A stretch of 64,000 bases of DNA from the NCBI GenBank assembly GCA_964187785.1, contig OZ076409.1, positions 91,204,001-91,268,000 of the forward strand, read 5' to 3'. The position numbers were made by a program, and so were the translations under genes. Positions 51,715 to 64,000 of the stretch are shown piece by piece (the stretch's first letter is position 1; each line of letters begins with the position of its first letter). Under the pieces are notes generated by a model. It ran no database searches and was not told where the DNA came from. It saw only the letters and a program-made list of their open reading frames with translations. The DNA is from Amphiscolops sp. MND2022. Taxonomy: Eukaryota.

Positions 51715-53327
51715 CAGGGTTGTTAATGTTAATAACATGTTATCAACACTGTTAAAAACATGCGAGATTCAAGTTTTTTACACTGTAAACAACACTTTTT
51801 TAAAATAATGTTGTATTTCAAAAAGTTGTATTGACTCATTCATAGCTGTATCGACTCATTTTAACTCCAAATTACCCAGTGTGCCATCAGAGGCACAAAC
51901 CACTTCAATGCCAATTATTCAAACACAGTTGCCGCGAGTTGCGACCGCTGCTTTATGTGCAATTTTAATGTGAATTCAAATTCGTGCATTCAGAGTATTG
52001 ACTCATTCATATCTTATTCTCTCATCAACTGTGCCTCTTATATTCACGAGCATTATTAATTAAATTTCGTAATAATTTCAGACAATTTTGCAAAAGATGC
52101 CGGGCCGACGACCTCCTCTCCCAATTTGGAACACTAAATCACACTAAATCAATAACACTTGAAATTACACTGAATCAATAACGGGAGAGCACAATGTAAA
52201 CATTGCAATCATGACTGCGTGGCCAATGCAGCAAGAATGAAACAACACTTGGAGAAGGATCATCCTTCTAATACCGTCGCTGAAAGTGAGCCAGAAGACG
52301 TGATTGAACTTCCAAATAACGCGGCAAATATGGAGAAGGACATGACAACAAAACTGGTGACCTACGGGTGCGCGGCCCACCACTTCAATCTTCTTGGAAA
52401 AGAGCTGACTTCCATGCAAATATTATCGAGACTTGTGGATATTGTCAAATTTTTCAGAAATGTACACCTTGCTAAAGCTGCTCTTAATCCAAGAAATGTC
52501 AACAAGCCACCAATCCCCACTGTCGCACGATGGAATAGCGAGGCTGATTTATCAACAACTGGACGGTCCTATTCGATATTGCTGAAACCGAAAACTTGTT
52601 CATTAGCGACTCAGCCAAGAAAATCAGGAATAACATAAAAGAATTATCTTTTTATCCAAGCTGTAAAGACATGCTTCAGTGCCCTAACCCAAACAAAACT
52701 GCACTTGACAAGGTACAGGGCAACATGTTAAAACTGATGCCGTTTATGCCTGGAAAACGGTTATGAACGAATTTCGTACAGCCGAGAGAAGAGATTGGCT
52801 CGAAAAATCCGAGAGGAGATATGCCAATGCGGTCCCCGACTAATTATTTGCGGTCTGTTTGATTGATCCCAGAAGTTTTGACAGTGATCTTACAGAATTT
52901 GAGAAAAACCGAGGTCTGGAATGGGTTCGTCAACACCATCCTGACAGTTATTCCGCTGTATTTGGGATTATTGCGATGAATCCCACTGAACAAATCGCCA
53001 AATTCAATGAGCACCAGTCTGTTTCCACGTCTATTTTTTTTGAAATCTCTGCGATGGAACGAGCATTTTCAACAATGGGTCTCATACACTTAGAAATTAG
53101 GAATAGACTCAGTCCTGTCAAAGTAAAAAAAACTAGCGCTTTGCGACAAAATAACAGTTAATTTTTTGGCTGTCTATTACGCTATTTTTGTAATGTGTTA
53201 GTATAATTTGTCAGCAATTACAATTTTTTCGAGTGTTTCAGTTTTTAACAGTTTACAACAGTTAATAACTGTTATTAACAGTTAATAACAGTTCGAGGAA
53301 ATTTTTCACACAAATTTAACAACCCTG
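51715..53327 (+). mobile_element. Internally deleted hAT DNA transposon with decayed transposase (~52098-53161)
   Basis: TIRs CAGGGTTGTTAA / TTAACAACCCTG and 8-bp TSD ATGATTAC/ATGATTAT. BED-finger remnant (ANAARMKQHL), YGCAAHHFNLL (CxxH), ARWNS and the dimerisation motif ERAFSTMGLIH..RNRL. Confidence 0.9.
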
Positions 53328-54223
53328 ATGATTATCGTACTAGTTTCTTTCTCAATCCAAAATCAATTATAACCAGGTATGTTGGAAAATCTTGGACTAT
53401 ACGTTTTGTTATCTGGGTTCACTAGAAAATACGAGTACGCAACAAGAACTTTTTTTTGAAAGATCGACAGAAAAAGTGAACTTTATTCAAGTGTGAAGTA
53501 TTGCAATTGGTAATTGATTAGATTTGAGACGTTTTTCTTTTAGCGCTAAGATTGAAATTGAGTGACAGTTGTAATTAATCTGAGGCGCATTTGAATAATT
53601 TTAAACACGGAGTGAAATGAATTTGGGGCGAAATGAATGCACACCGTTACTTGAACACAACGAAATATGACCTCTGAGTGAGCGTGGCGTTTCGCATTCG
53701 TATTTGATTGCAGGTGAAGCGATGTAAGAATAATTAACACTGGTTCGCTTCATCAATAAAAACACGGCCTCACTGCAACCAAAATTGAACTAGCTAAGAT
53801 TTGAAGTGACGACATATGGAACGATAGAAGTCTAGAATAAAAAAACTAGCAATTACCTTTTAGCTTATGTAGACATATTTAAAACAATTAGAGCACATCA
53901 ACTATTACTTTCCGAACTAAAAATTGAAGGAAATAGTGGATTATTCCTGACGGGACTTCAGTCTACTCGAATGCACGGAATTTCCAACATATGATGCAGA
54001 ATTTTTAAAACCTGCATCTATTCGAATCAGGTAAACGAAAATATAACTACCTAATTTCATCGCTTCGAATATAGCTGGCGTTTTTGCGCTTTCACCTAAA
54101 ACAACCTAAATTACTGCTCTGTTGGGGTCCCATTTTGTCAGCAGCCCAAGTAACTTCTCACAGTGCAAATAGTCAACCGCCATTGAATTAGGATCTTTCC
54201 TAATGACAGGGTCTCCTAATAAA

Positions 54224-57200
54224 CTAGGACCTCTCCTCTGAACCTGGCAACGACTGTTGGCGGAAGAAAGTAAAGGAAAAAGTGGAGCTAACCTTTGCCC
54301 GTCTTGTTTGCATCTTGGAAGTGAAATGGAATTGATCCATGTGATACTGTCTCTGGTAGGAGGAATTGAACTTCCTGGGACAGAACCTGCATCTCAACGG
54401 AGCTGCCCCGCTGTGTAGGCGCATATGCAGAGACAAAGAACTTGCACTCACAAACTGCCTCTTGCACAAGTGACATGTGAACAATTTGCTGGTTCTCCAA
54501 TGGCTCCTAAAACCATACCGTACCATCATGAGCCAGGCAACGAAACATCGGCCTTCAACAAATTTTTTTCAAGAAACTTTCATTGATACTTACCAAATTA
54601 GTAATAATCATCTCAAAAACAAATGAATGGCGAAGACCTTACGGGATGTAAAAAGGGGTTTGCATTTTAAAAATAAAGTCTATTTTAAACAAGACTTTTT
54701 TTAATAGTCTGGCGACTCACTTCAATTGGCTGAACAAAACAATCGATATATTTTAGATGGTATTACGAACTGGTTCTTTAATTTAATTTTTACCACGCAG
54801 TGATGTGCAGTTGAATCAAATTCAACCGAAAACTGATTCAAATATTTTCAAATGATCGGTAAAATCTATTTTCTGGACCGAAAAGGAACTTACCTGATGG
54901 TTTGACAATTCTTTTAACGCTTAAAATCCAGACAACGTCAACTGACGAGCCGTTCAGAATTTGATAAGGAGAAAAACTTGAACAAATGGTGATTGAAAAC
55001 AAATGGCTAAACTGGCCACCAAAAAATTCAATAGGCGGATTCTTAGCGGGCAGTGGCGGTTTTAGAATATTTTTGAGGGGGATGCTGATTGTATGAAAAC
55101 GGTTTTTGCTTAGAATAGCGCCTATTTCTTACATATTGTAAATTATAGTGAAACCTAGAAGGGTCCCCCTTCTTTGAGCAATGGCACTATATTTTTTCGA
55201 AAAAAGGGCGCCCTAAAGCGCCCCTGTTAGCGGGTAATAGAGGGTTGGAGGCGTTGAAAGTTTCAAATTGCTCATTACTCTCGACAAGCGAGAACTGAGT
55301 TTTCGAAGAAAAAAGATGACTTAGTAGCCAGGGGTTGATTTTGATAGTACCAATAATTAGATCATCAGAATAACCGAGTAGCATGATCAATATTTGATCA
55401 ATTGAGGCCACATGGAAACGTTATAAATCAAGGAACTTACGCAATGTGATAATTGAAAGAACTTTGTGTTTTGTAACTTCTGCGACAGAAGCTGCAATTG
55501 AAGGGTCTTTCATTGGTGTGTGATCTCACGTGTAGTTTCAACGCACTGTTAGAAGAGAACGCTTTGGGGCAATCACGGCACTGGAACATTTTATTCTGGG
55601 TGAGTCGAAGCTGTTTGTGGTAGAGATGGGCGGAGCCATGGGTGTCAAGTTGAACCTCCTTGGTTATTTCATCAATAGACTTCAACAAGATCTTTTCAGA
55701 AATGGTCACATTTTTCTGATCTTCTTTCTTGGTTTCAGCCATCTTGCATTTGATGTCATTGGCGTCTTGCTGACTGATTCGAATAAAATCAACTGACTTG
55801 TACTTTGGAGGCGGACCTGAAACACAACAGATGCCCTTTCATGCTCAACTTTTTAAAATGTGTTATTGCTAAAATAATCAAGGACGGAAAACATCCCAAT
55901 GCTCAGCAGGCGTCTTCACGAAAACATTCAAAAATTGTATAAATTTTTTAGCATTTTAACCGTTCATTTTCACAATTCCAAAAAAGTTGAGTTATCTTCA
56001 TGACACACTAATTTTATCATCGTTTTTGTCGTTGGATTCTGTGGATGACACTGTAATTGCTGAGTGAGAAGTTAGAAAAATGCAGGTTTACAAATTAATT
56101 TTATTAATTTTTCTCGTATTATATTTTCTCATTTTACAATATAATTTCTCATATTATGAATTATGGGCGGATAATAGCACTCAATATAATTTCTCATATT
56201 ATGAATTATGGGCGGATAATAGCACTCAATATAATTTCTCATATTATGAAGTATGGGCGGATAATAGCAACTATCTATAGCTTACTAACCAGTGCTACTC
56301 AGACTTCCGCTCAGGCACTGAGGTTTCATAATGTGGTAAGAGTTGAAATGGGTTCGGAACTTAGATTGACTTGTGAACACTAGGCCACATAACTCGCACT
56401 GCCAACGGTCGTTTCGTGCACGGGGCCGTGGCACGGCCAACTTCCTGAACCCAACACGGTTTCGATGCTGTCTGGGATAGATTTCTGCAAGAGTCCAAGC
56501 TCCGTCATTTTGAGATTTAGCTCCATTTGCTTTAAATTGTTCATTTCTATAGTTGTCCAAAGATTTACCTCTCGATTTTTGATGATCATATCCAGCGGGG
56601 CTGAATCTTTTAGCCGAAAGATCCACTATATCAGATGAATTGTGAGTATATACTCGATGTGCCTTCAGTTTAAACGTCGTTGAGTAGCTTTTCGGACAAT
56701 CGGGGCAAGAATATTTGAACTTACTCGGAGATTCGCATACATTCGAACGAGCCGATTCTGAGCTTTCTAACAGTGAAATTGGTTCAATGTCAGCAACACT
56801 CTCAGTTAGCAACGGAGGCTGTTTCTGTGAAAGCTGAGAAATATTTGGCAGAATTATTATATCGGCTGTTCCGGTTCTATTCGGAAAATCAAGAGAGAAT
56901 GATGAATTCAATTCTGTAGCGATATCATGAGAGTTTTCAATACTCTGATTCATTTGTGACTCCGTAGAGTTTATAATGGTAGTGTAAGATGTCTCACAAT
57001 CAACAGGTCTTGGAAAACTGGCCACATCTGGACCTGACACTGTGTTGAAAACGATTCCTGAGGTTTGCAGAGTTTGATTAAACTGGTGTGATTGTTGCAT
57101 TTGGAAGTTACTAGAAATTGAGGCACTAACGGATTCCACTACTTGATGAGGCACTGGTTGCCCATCCATCTCCATAGTCCGAGGAATAACTTCCAAAGGA

Positions 57201-60200
57201 AAAGCGAATTGGGGTCCAGTGAAGTTTTGTTCAGATACTACAATTGGATTGCTAATTGCATTGCCATCACTAGTTTGATTCCAGGTATGGCTAGAAATGT
57301 TCGATTGGTTGTTGGGATCTAGATTTACAGGCAAGAAAACACTTGCGGAGGATGGAATTTCCATACTCGGAATGTTTTCGGTCTGTAGAAAATTAGTGTG
57401 AATTGCATTATTTTCTTGTTCTATGAATGATGGCGTATCAGAAATGAACAGAGTTCCAACTGTAGGGCCCGCCCAAGTTATGTAGTCGTGCTCTTGAAGC
57501 GAAATGTCACTGATATGACCCCGTGACAAAGTGAGTGAAGGTGGTACATTGAACTCTGTGGTTTCTTTCAGAACATTTTCGAATGTTTGGGTATTTTCAG
57601 ATTGAGGAACGTGTGATGACTCCTTGAAATTGGTGTCCGAAAGCTTTTTCTTCAACATTTCATCAGCGTCGATCAATGTTACCTCTTTCCCGTAAGATTT
57701 TCCTCCAGGCCGAGGAATAATCCTTAGAGAAGAAAATGCATCTCCTACGGCAATTGCATCGTTTTCTGGCTCCGGAATCAGTGTTTGCAATGTTTCGAAA
57801 TCTGGATTTGTACTTTTACCCTCTTTCAATTCCTTCAGATGAGTTCTTATATGCTTTTTGCACATATGCATCATTTTGAAGCTCTTGCCACAGTAGGGAC
57901 ACATGAAAGGCCTCGTGGAAGTATGCAAACTCGATTTGTGCCATTTGAGATGCCATTTCATGGTAAACGTTTTAGGGCAATCATCACACTTGAACTTCCG
58001 CTCAGTTCTGAAATGCTTCAAAATATGACACTTGAGAGTAACGTTAGTCTTGAATTTCTTCTGACACAGTGAACAATTAAACTGATACGCAGTAGAAGCC
58101 GAATGAGCAGACATATGTCGTCGACAATAGCCAGCGTTTTTGAATTTTTTGTTGCATTTACTGCAAGAATATTTCGCTCTGTCTTGTCCGACGTCCCAGC
58201 ATTTAAAACCATGATCACTCTTGGAAGATACGCTCCTGAAAACCCCTGCACTGGTAACTAAAAGAGGATCTTTCAGCAACGTTTCTTTCATTTGCCGTGA
58301 ATCTTCTTGCTCTTCCGTGTCGACTTCAGCAACATTACTAGCAGACCCCTTGCGGTACAGGGTAGTGAACACTTTCTTATCGTGGGTTTTAGCATGAGCC
58401 TTCAGTTGGCTCTTGGTTGTGAAAGTTTTTGAGCACAAAGAGCACGAGAAAGCTTTTACTTTGAGATGAATTCTCATATGAACTGACAATGACTGGGAAG
58501 TTGCAAGACTTTTATGACAGATCTCACAAGAATGTTTGTTCTCTATATTCTTCTCCGTCTCTGCGTGCTGAAACTTCAGATGCTGACTCAGACCAAATTT
58601 GGTTGAAAACCGTTTTCCACACTTCTCACATGGGTAGGGCTTTTCATTTGTATGTTTTCGAATATGACGGACTGAAACAAAATGTACACTGATATTTTCT
58701 ATACATTAGTCAACTGATACTTCGACTAAAAATTATTCAGGAATGTTTTTTTCTAAGATCAATTGCACCCGACATTGATTTCAAATATGGAGAAAACTTT
58801 GTTTAGGTGCAATTGATTCGCGTCTAGATGAGTGGTATTTCCAAACGCAAAGACATTTGAGAGCCATACAAAAACTTCAGGATCACAAAGTCTACTCTAT
58901 TTCTTCGAAAAATGAAGCATTATCAACAACGATGTTTTCGCGAATAACGCTTAGACGATCAACTCAATTATTGGAATCCAACATGGACTATCTCGTAACA
59001 GAAGAGGCATAAAGTAGAACCAAAGTGAAAATATGATACTTTCACTAACCCAAATCACAAGACTTTTTGAATTCTTTTCCACAAAACTGGCAAATACTAG
59101 CTTCGAACTTTCCATCCTTGCCAACTTTGCGCAGATGCAGGTCTAAATTTGAGAGCTTGTCATTGGGTTCGTGTTTTCTCACCATCTTCAGTTTACTACT
59201 AGCAGGAGCGGGTGAAAGTGAGGAAGAGGTTTCAGGGCACCCGGTGGAAGTAGTGAAATATGGATCATTTCGCGTGGCAGGAGCAGGTTCGTCAGACGCA
59301 CCAGCCGCACTTGCATAGGAGTCAATCACGTACAGGTTGTCCTCACCCATTTGCGCCAATTCCGGGGTGACTGAGAGATGTCCCGAATTGAAGGCAGTTG
59401 GGCCAAAAGCGTGTCTCGCAAATGCTTTGGTAGTTTCAGGCACTAAAACAATCAACTTCAGTGTTACATTATTTAATTTTAGAAAATTTCATTGTCTCAA
59501 TCAGTCGCTATTCTGAAATTGACATTCTAAAATTAGTACACATACCGCTATTTTGAATGAAAGGTGAGTAAGGGTGTAGTAACGACAGGGATGAGAAACA
59601 AAACGGGTTTTAGAGGTGTAACAGACCGTAAAATTTCCGTCCGGTCGCAGCAGTTGATTTATGTGAAAGTATCTCCAAAATCATCACGTATTCGTTAGAC
59701 TTGATTTTTAGTACACTTGAACGATTTCCAGATTAAAATGTCATCGTTTGTTTGATTTTATTTTACAACTTTGCTTTACTAGCACATGAGTCTCTGAGAA
59801 GGATCTGAGCTGGATGGATTCAAGACAATCAAGACACAAATGAGCTAGCCGTGTTAACAAGTAAGTTATTCAAAAAAGAGCATATCGAGTTCAAAGTATA
59901 AAATAATTTTCAGAAAACCTTAATTAGATTTGTAGCTTATGTATATATGAGGATATCTGAACTCTTGCGAACGGAGTATTTAAAATCATAGAATTCATTC
60001 GTACATCCGAATTGAACACTAACAACTACTTCATGAGAAAAAATCAAGATTTGAAAATACATTACAAAAGGAGGCAAGCAACTATTAACCACTTCAACGT
60101 TGCCTCCATAAACTGATACAGGAATGAAACACTGTTGAATGAACGCTTAACTGATTAATTACTCAGGCATACACCAAACCTGAATTCTGGTAATTTTTAG

Positions 60201-63200
60201 TCGGCGCCTTTTCCCTTAAGGAAAAAAGCCCGACTATTACAGTGGGTAGTTTTTTTTCAGCCTACAATCTCACTCTGAATGGTCCACTTTTTTACAATCT
60301 TTTGTTCATTCGTTCAACTAATTTTCTGAGAAGCTGGAGATCGTGGGTTCGATTCTCGTACTAAACAGATTTTTTATGCTTCCAAAAGTGGAGGCCAGAC
60401 CAAAGTTTTTTTTCGGTACTATCAGACTTTTTTTTTCGAAAATTTTCGAATTCTATCGAATTCCCTTGCATTTTTTGAAGTTTTCGGTTTGTAAAAACGT
60501 TTAATGAGCCTAAATGGCCTCTTTTTGAGTTTTTCGGCATTGTGCGACTTTTTTTTAAAAAAATACTTTTTGAAAAAAATTTTTTTTCAAATCTTTCCAA
60601 TAGTTGTTCCTTGAATATTTTTGAGCCTCAGATATGGCGCCGACTTGGGACGTTCCCGTCTGGTTGGTCTATCCCGACACTAGGTGCCGAGATCCAAGAT
60701 TTTTCCGAACGACAGCTGATTTGGATGAAAGTCCATATATGGTCTCACGCCCACAAGGATTATCAAACTCCTTCCTGACAAGAGCTTGGTGGTTGTGAAT
60801 CATCCCTCACTCTTCTACGTCACTTTTTACAGGTCTCAATTTCACTTGATGGCTTTCTATAGGAAAACTCATGTTATTCTGAACTCACGTTGATTAGCTT
60901 GTGGCTCCTCTTGTTATTGGGCACTTCTTGCCAGTCAGAATCTACTTTTTGCATTTTCGGAATCGCATTTCATCCCAGGGGAACTTTTCGCAGCTTAATT
61001 ATGAATCTCAGAAACCAAGTTTGAAATACTGCAGAATTCACATTTGCAAGAAAAGATTCGACAAGTAGCTAGGATTTTACAAAGATTATTACATCTCGAT
61101 CCTTTGTTGTCAGTATCAGTAGCTCTTAAACTAAAGAAAGTTCACAATGCCACGTCATAAATGGTCATCCATTTCCTGGCGAAATTCAAAGTGAGAATAC
61201 TCACTCAGTTTTCGTCACAAACTAATTCCAAACGGCAACAAAGTTAAAACGGGGAATACAAACCTGTGAACGAATTTTTGTCCAACACAACTTGCTGAAA
61301 CACTTTGTTTTTGATCAGTACAGAACAATCTGAGGGAACGTAGTTTGTATTTTTGGCCTCATCTGCTTTTCTCCGATTATTCTCACTGACCAAGGCAACC
61401 CGCGTTTTCATGGACGGTTTCTCCGGGTGGTGCCTGGACACATGAGCAGACAGGCCTTGGGCAGTGTCAAAAGTACAGCTACAGTGGGGGCACAAGTGAC
61501 AATGATCGGCGTTTTCTCCGAACAGCTCACGATGACAAGTCCTCAAATGTTGAATATAATTCGCTTTTTGGATGAACTTTCTGTCACACAGCTCACACGT
61601 TATGGACTTGTCTGTGTTGGAGTCGGCATTAGATTCGTGGATTTTCTCATGTGTTTTCAGACTACTTTTTTGGCTGAACTCTGAAAAAAATACGTTTCAA
61701 AGCCTTTGGATTTTACAATAGCACAGAATCAACAAGCAAGTATGCAAATAATTTTCCAAAAAACGTTAGAGCTGAAAAACACAAAGGGGACTCCTTGATC
61801 TCATGCAATTCAAATCAAATGTAAAAAAATGGAGACCCTTTGGACACTCTTCAGATCTTAGGCGAAACTTATAACTAATTTGAAACCAATTGAAACAAAG
61901 CATAACATTTGAAATGCGATTTTATGTGTTACTTTCGCAAACTTGAACTTTCTCATTTCGAAAAACTTACTTTTCAAGCACAATGGACACTGGTATTTCT
62001 TCTCCTTCGTGTGTACAACTTCATGCCTCTTCACCTGACATGGTTTCAGAAAGCGCTTTCCGCAAAAGCTGCATTGATTTTTGACGTCACTGGCAATTTT
62101 GCTCTGCTTCCTTCTATCAGCGGGAGGCAGTTCCGCTGAGTCGGGGTCTCGGGTTCGACGACTGAACTTTTTAGCGAAGTTCCGCACAGCTGGGTGTTTG
62201 CACTTTAGTTGTACGTGATATGTCAAGGTATTTTTACTGAGAAAATACTTCCCACATAATTTACATTGGAGTGACGTGTCCAAGGTCAACTTCGGAGTCC
62301 TGTAACAAATCTTTCAAAATCCGTTTCAAGGATTCAAAATGTTCAACGAAGAAGAATATGCAAAATCGAAACGAAATTCGACAGGTCGGATAATTTGGAA
62401 TAAATGGTGAAATAAATGTAGATAGAGGGTGCAACTAGTTTTCATTGTGCTATTGGCCTAGATAATCCAGTCTATCACTATATGGTTTTTTAAAATGCTC
62501 TAGGTATATTCTAGATTGACAAAAACGTCTTTTTCAGCTCACTGATTTTCTCATCAAATATTAAATTCAGATGGTTGTGCCATTGACGAGCAGTTTGACG
62601 AACGTATCTGTGATACGGTCTTTTAATTTTAAAATTTGTCCGCCAGTTGTTGATGTTTTCGAATGTATTTATGTAAGGAGGTTCTACAGCTTGTAGCGAA
62701 TTCACAACCAACTATTCCTTATACCACAGACTCACCCCCAGCATCGTTCATGGGCAAGGAATTTTCACGTTTCTGGCTTTGAAAGCTTAGTCTTTGAATT
62801 CAGATAAGTTTCAAGAAAACTTACTTTTTGCCATTGATGTGTTCCATTTCATGTGACTCGTATTCCGCCAGGAACTCAAAACTCACATCACAGAGCTCAC
62901 AAGTGAAAAATTCATCTTTCACATGCGTCATCAAATGCGCTTTCCACTTTGAGATTCTAGTGAAAGACATTTCACAGCGCGAGCAGGTCAATTTAACGAA
63001 CTCATGTTCACTTTGTACTGATCTTTTCTTTTCTCTATCGGGACTGGAATGATATGCAATTTGGTGAAGTTCAAGGTTTTCTTCACAGTTGAAACTGGCA
63101 GAGCAGGTACCACCAGACAAATTACATTTAAACGGTTTTTCTTTCAGATGCTTCTTTCGATGCTTGAAATATTCAACAAAATTGGAGCATTTAGAATTAC

Positions 63201-63609
63201 AGAAGGAGCATACGTATGATAGATCAACTGTTTCTTCAGTCGATTCGTCCTTTGGATTTTCATTTGTAGATTGATACTGAGATGTTTCATTGGTTAAAAA
63301 AGTTTGAGTCGCATCAGGAATATCATCGGAGATTCCCATGTTGCACCACTGACTATCAGTGGAAAAACTTTGTAGAATATCACGAATTTGCCATTCATCG
63401 AAACCACTTGCAGCCCACAAAGAATCGAAATTTCCAACATGCGAACTGTTCTCGGCGAAATCGCTGGAAAACATCGTTGATAGAAACCGGGAATCATCCA
63501 TGGAACTCTCATTTGGGAAAAAATAGAAGTTGGAAGATTTAGGATTAAGAACCGAAAAACCAGCATCAGGGGGTTCAGATGCTTCCGTTTTGGACACCAT
63601 GTCAGCCAT
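54224..63609 (-). CDS. ZNF236: Multi-C2H2 zinc finger protein, ZNF236-like. Approximate exons: 62825-63609, 62735-62790, 61971-62299, 61264-61680, 59050-59442, 56290-58671, 55441-55816, 54293-54506; 3' end unresolved
   Basis: Many C2H2 fingers with GT-AG boundaries. Segments FNCEENLELH, FTRISKWKAHLMTHVKDE, F.KPCQVKRH, KKSCDL/VRHIR, RPFMCPYC..CKKHIRTH and TISEKILLKS follow the ZNF236 layout as recalled. Orthology untested. Confidence 0.75.
56138..56269. repeat. 45-bp tandem repeat x3 in a ZNF intron
   Basis: AATATAATTTCTCATATTATGAATTATGGGCGGATAATAGCACTC, near-identical units. Confidence 0.92.
60194..60665 (+). mobile_element. HINE/DINE-1-like element
   Basis: 5' TTTTTAGTCGGCGC..GCCCGACTAT. 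3' GGCGCCGACTT followed by hairpin GACG-TTCC-CGTC and TGGTT. Confidence 0.7.
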
Positions 63610-63920
63610 TTTTCTGAAAAAAATGAATTATCTAAAACGCAAAAATCAGGAGATCAAAAACAACGGAACAAGTTTCTTTCGTCAAAGAACATTGCTGAAA
63701 ATATACTTTGCGAGAAAAACTACTCTACGGAATCGGCCCAAAAAATTTCGAACACAAGCGAAAAAGGCAGTTGGCCGATCCGATCAGTTATTGGCGATAC
63801 ATTCTCATTATCCTCTAAAAATTCCAAACACAGAGGCGAAGACGTGCTTCGCAAACACTTGCGAAGAAAGTTGCGAACTTTTGAAGAGAAAACCAAATAA
63901 GCAGTATCAACCTAGAGGAG

Positions 63921-64000
63921 GGAATAACGTCTAAAGGTCCATCGGGAATAACGTCTAAGGGAATAACATCTAAACTGAAATATTAAGGAATAACGTCTAA
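63921..64000. repeat. GGAATAACRTCTAA repeated 4 times, truncated by the window end
   Basis: Copies at ~63921, 63944, 63960 and 63987. Confidence 0.7.

Noticed and set aside
60320..60362. tRNA gene
   Set aside because: Only a 3'-half/B-box-like piece inside a repeat; no full cloverleaf.

Overview
Eukaryotic, AT-rich, probably invertebrate animal DNA. The first 32 kb is a nest of four minus-strand LTR retrotransposons. Three are related Ty3/Gypsy elements: G1 (1-5081) is inserted into G2 (5082-7166), and G3 (8334-32377) is full length with TSD TCTAC. The fourth is a BEL/Pao element (13377-21271, TSD CCAGG) nested in G3. The second half holds a 9-exon N-acetylglucosamine kinase gene, a multi-exon ZNF236-like C2H2 gene, a deleted hAT transposon, MITEs and Helentron-type (HINE/DINE-like) elements. 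The most unusual object is G3, about 16 kb once the BEL insert is removed. (1) Its LTRs encode the first ~184 residues of Gag, which reads through the PBS; G1 and G2 do the same. (2) Between pol and the 3' LTR it carries an antisense, intron-containing, apparently catalytically dead hAT-transposase-like gene. (3) It also carries an intact sense orphan ORF that ends inside the 3' LTR. (4) A 26-bp palindromic motif is arrayed at ~39-bp period inside the cargo gene and clustered in both LTRs. Together these suggest, by inference only, a retrotransposon-encoded DNA-binding protein with its own binding sites. All protein assignments are by-eye motif recognition; no searches were run.
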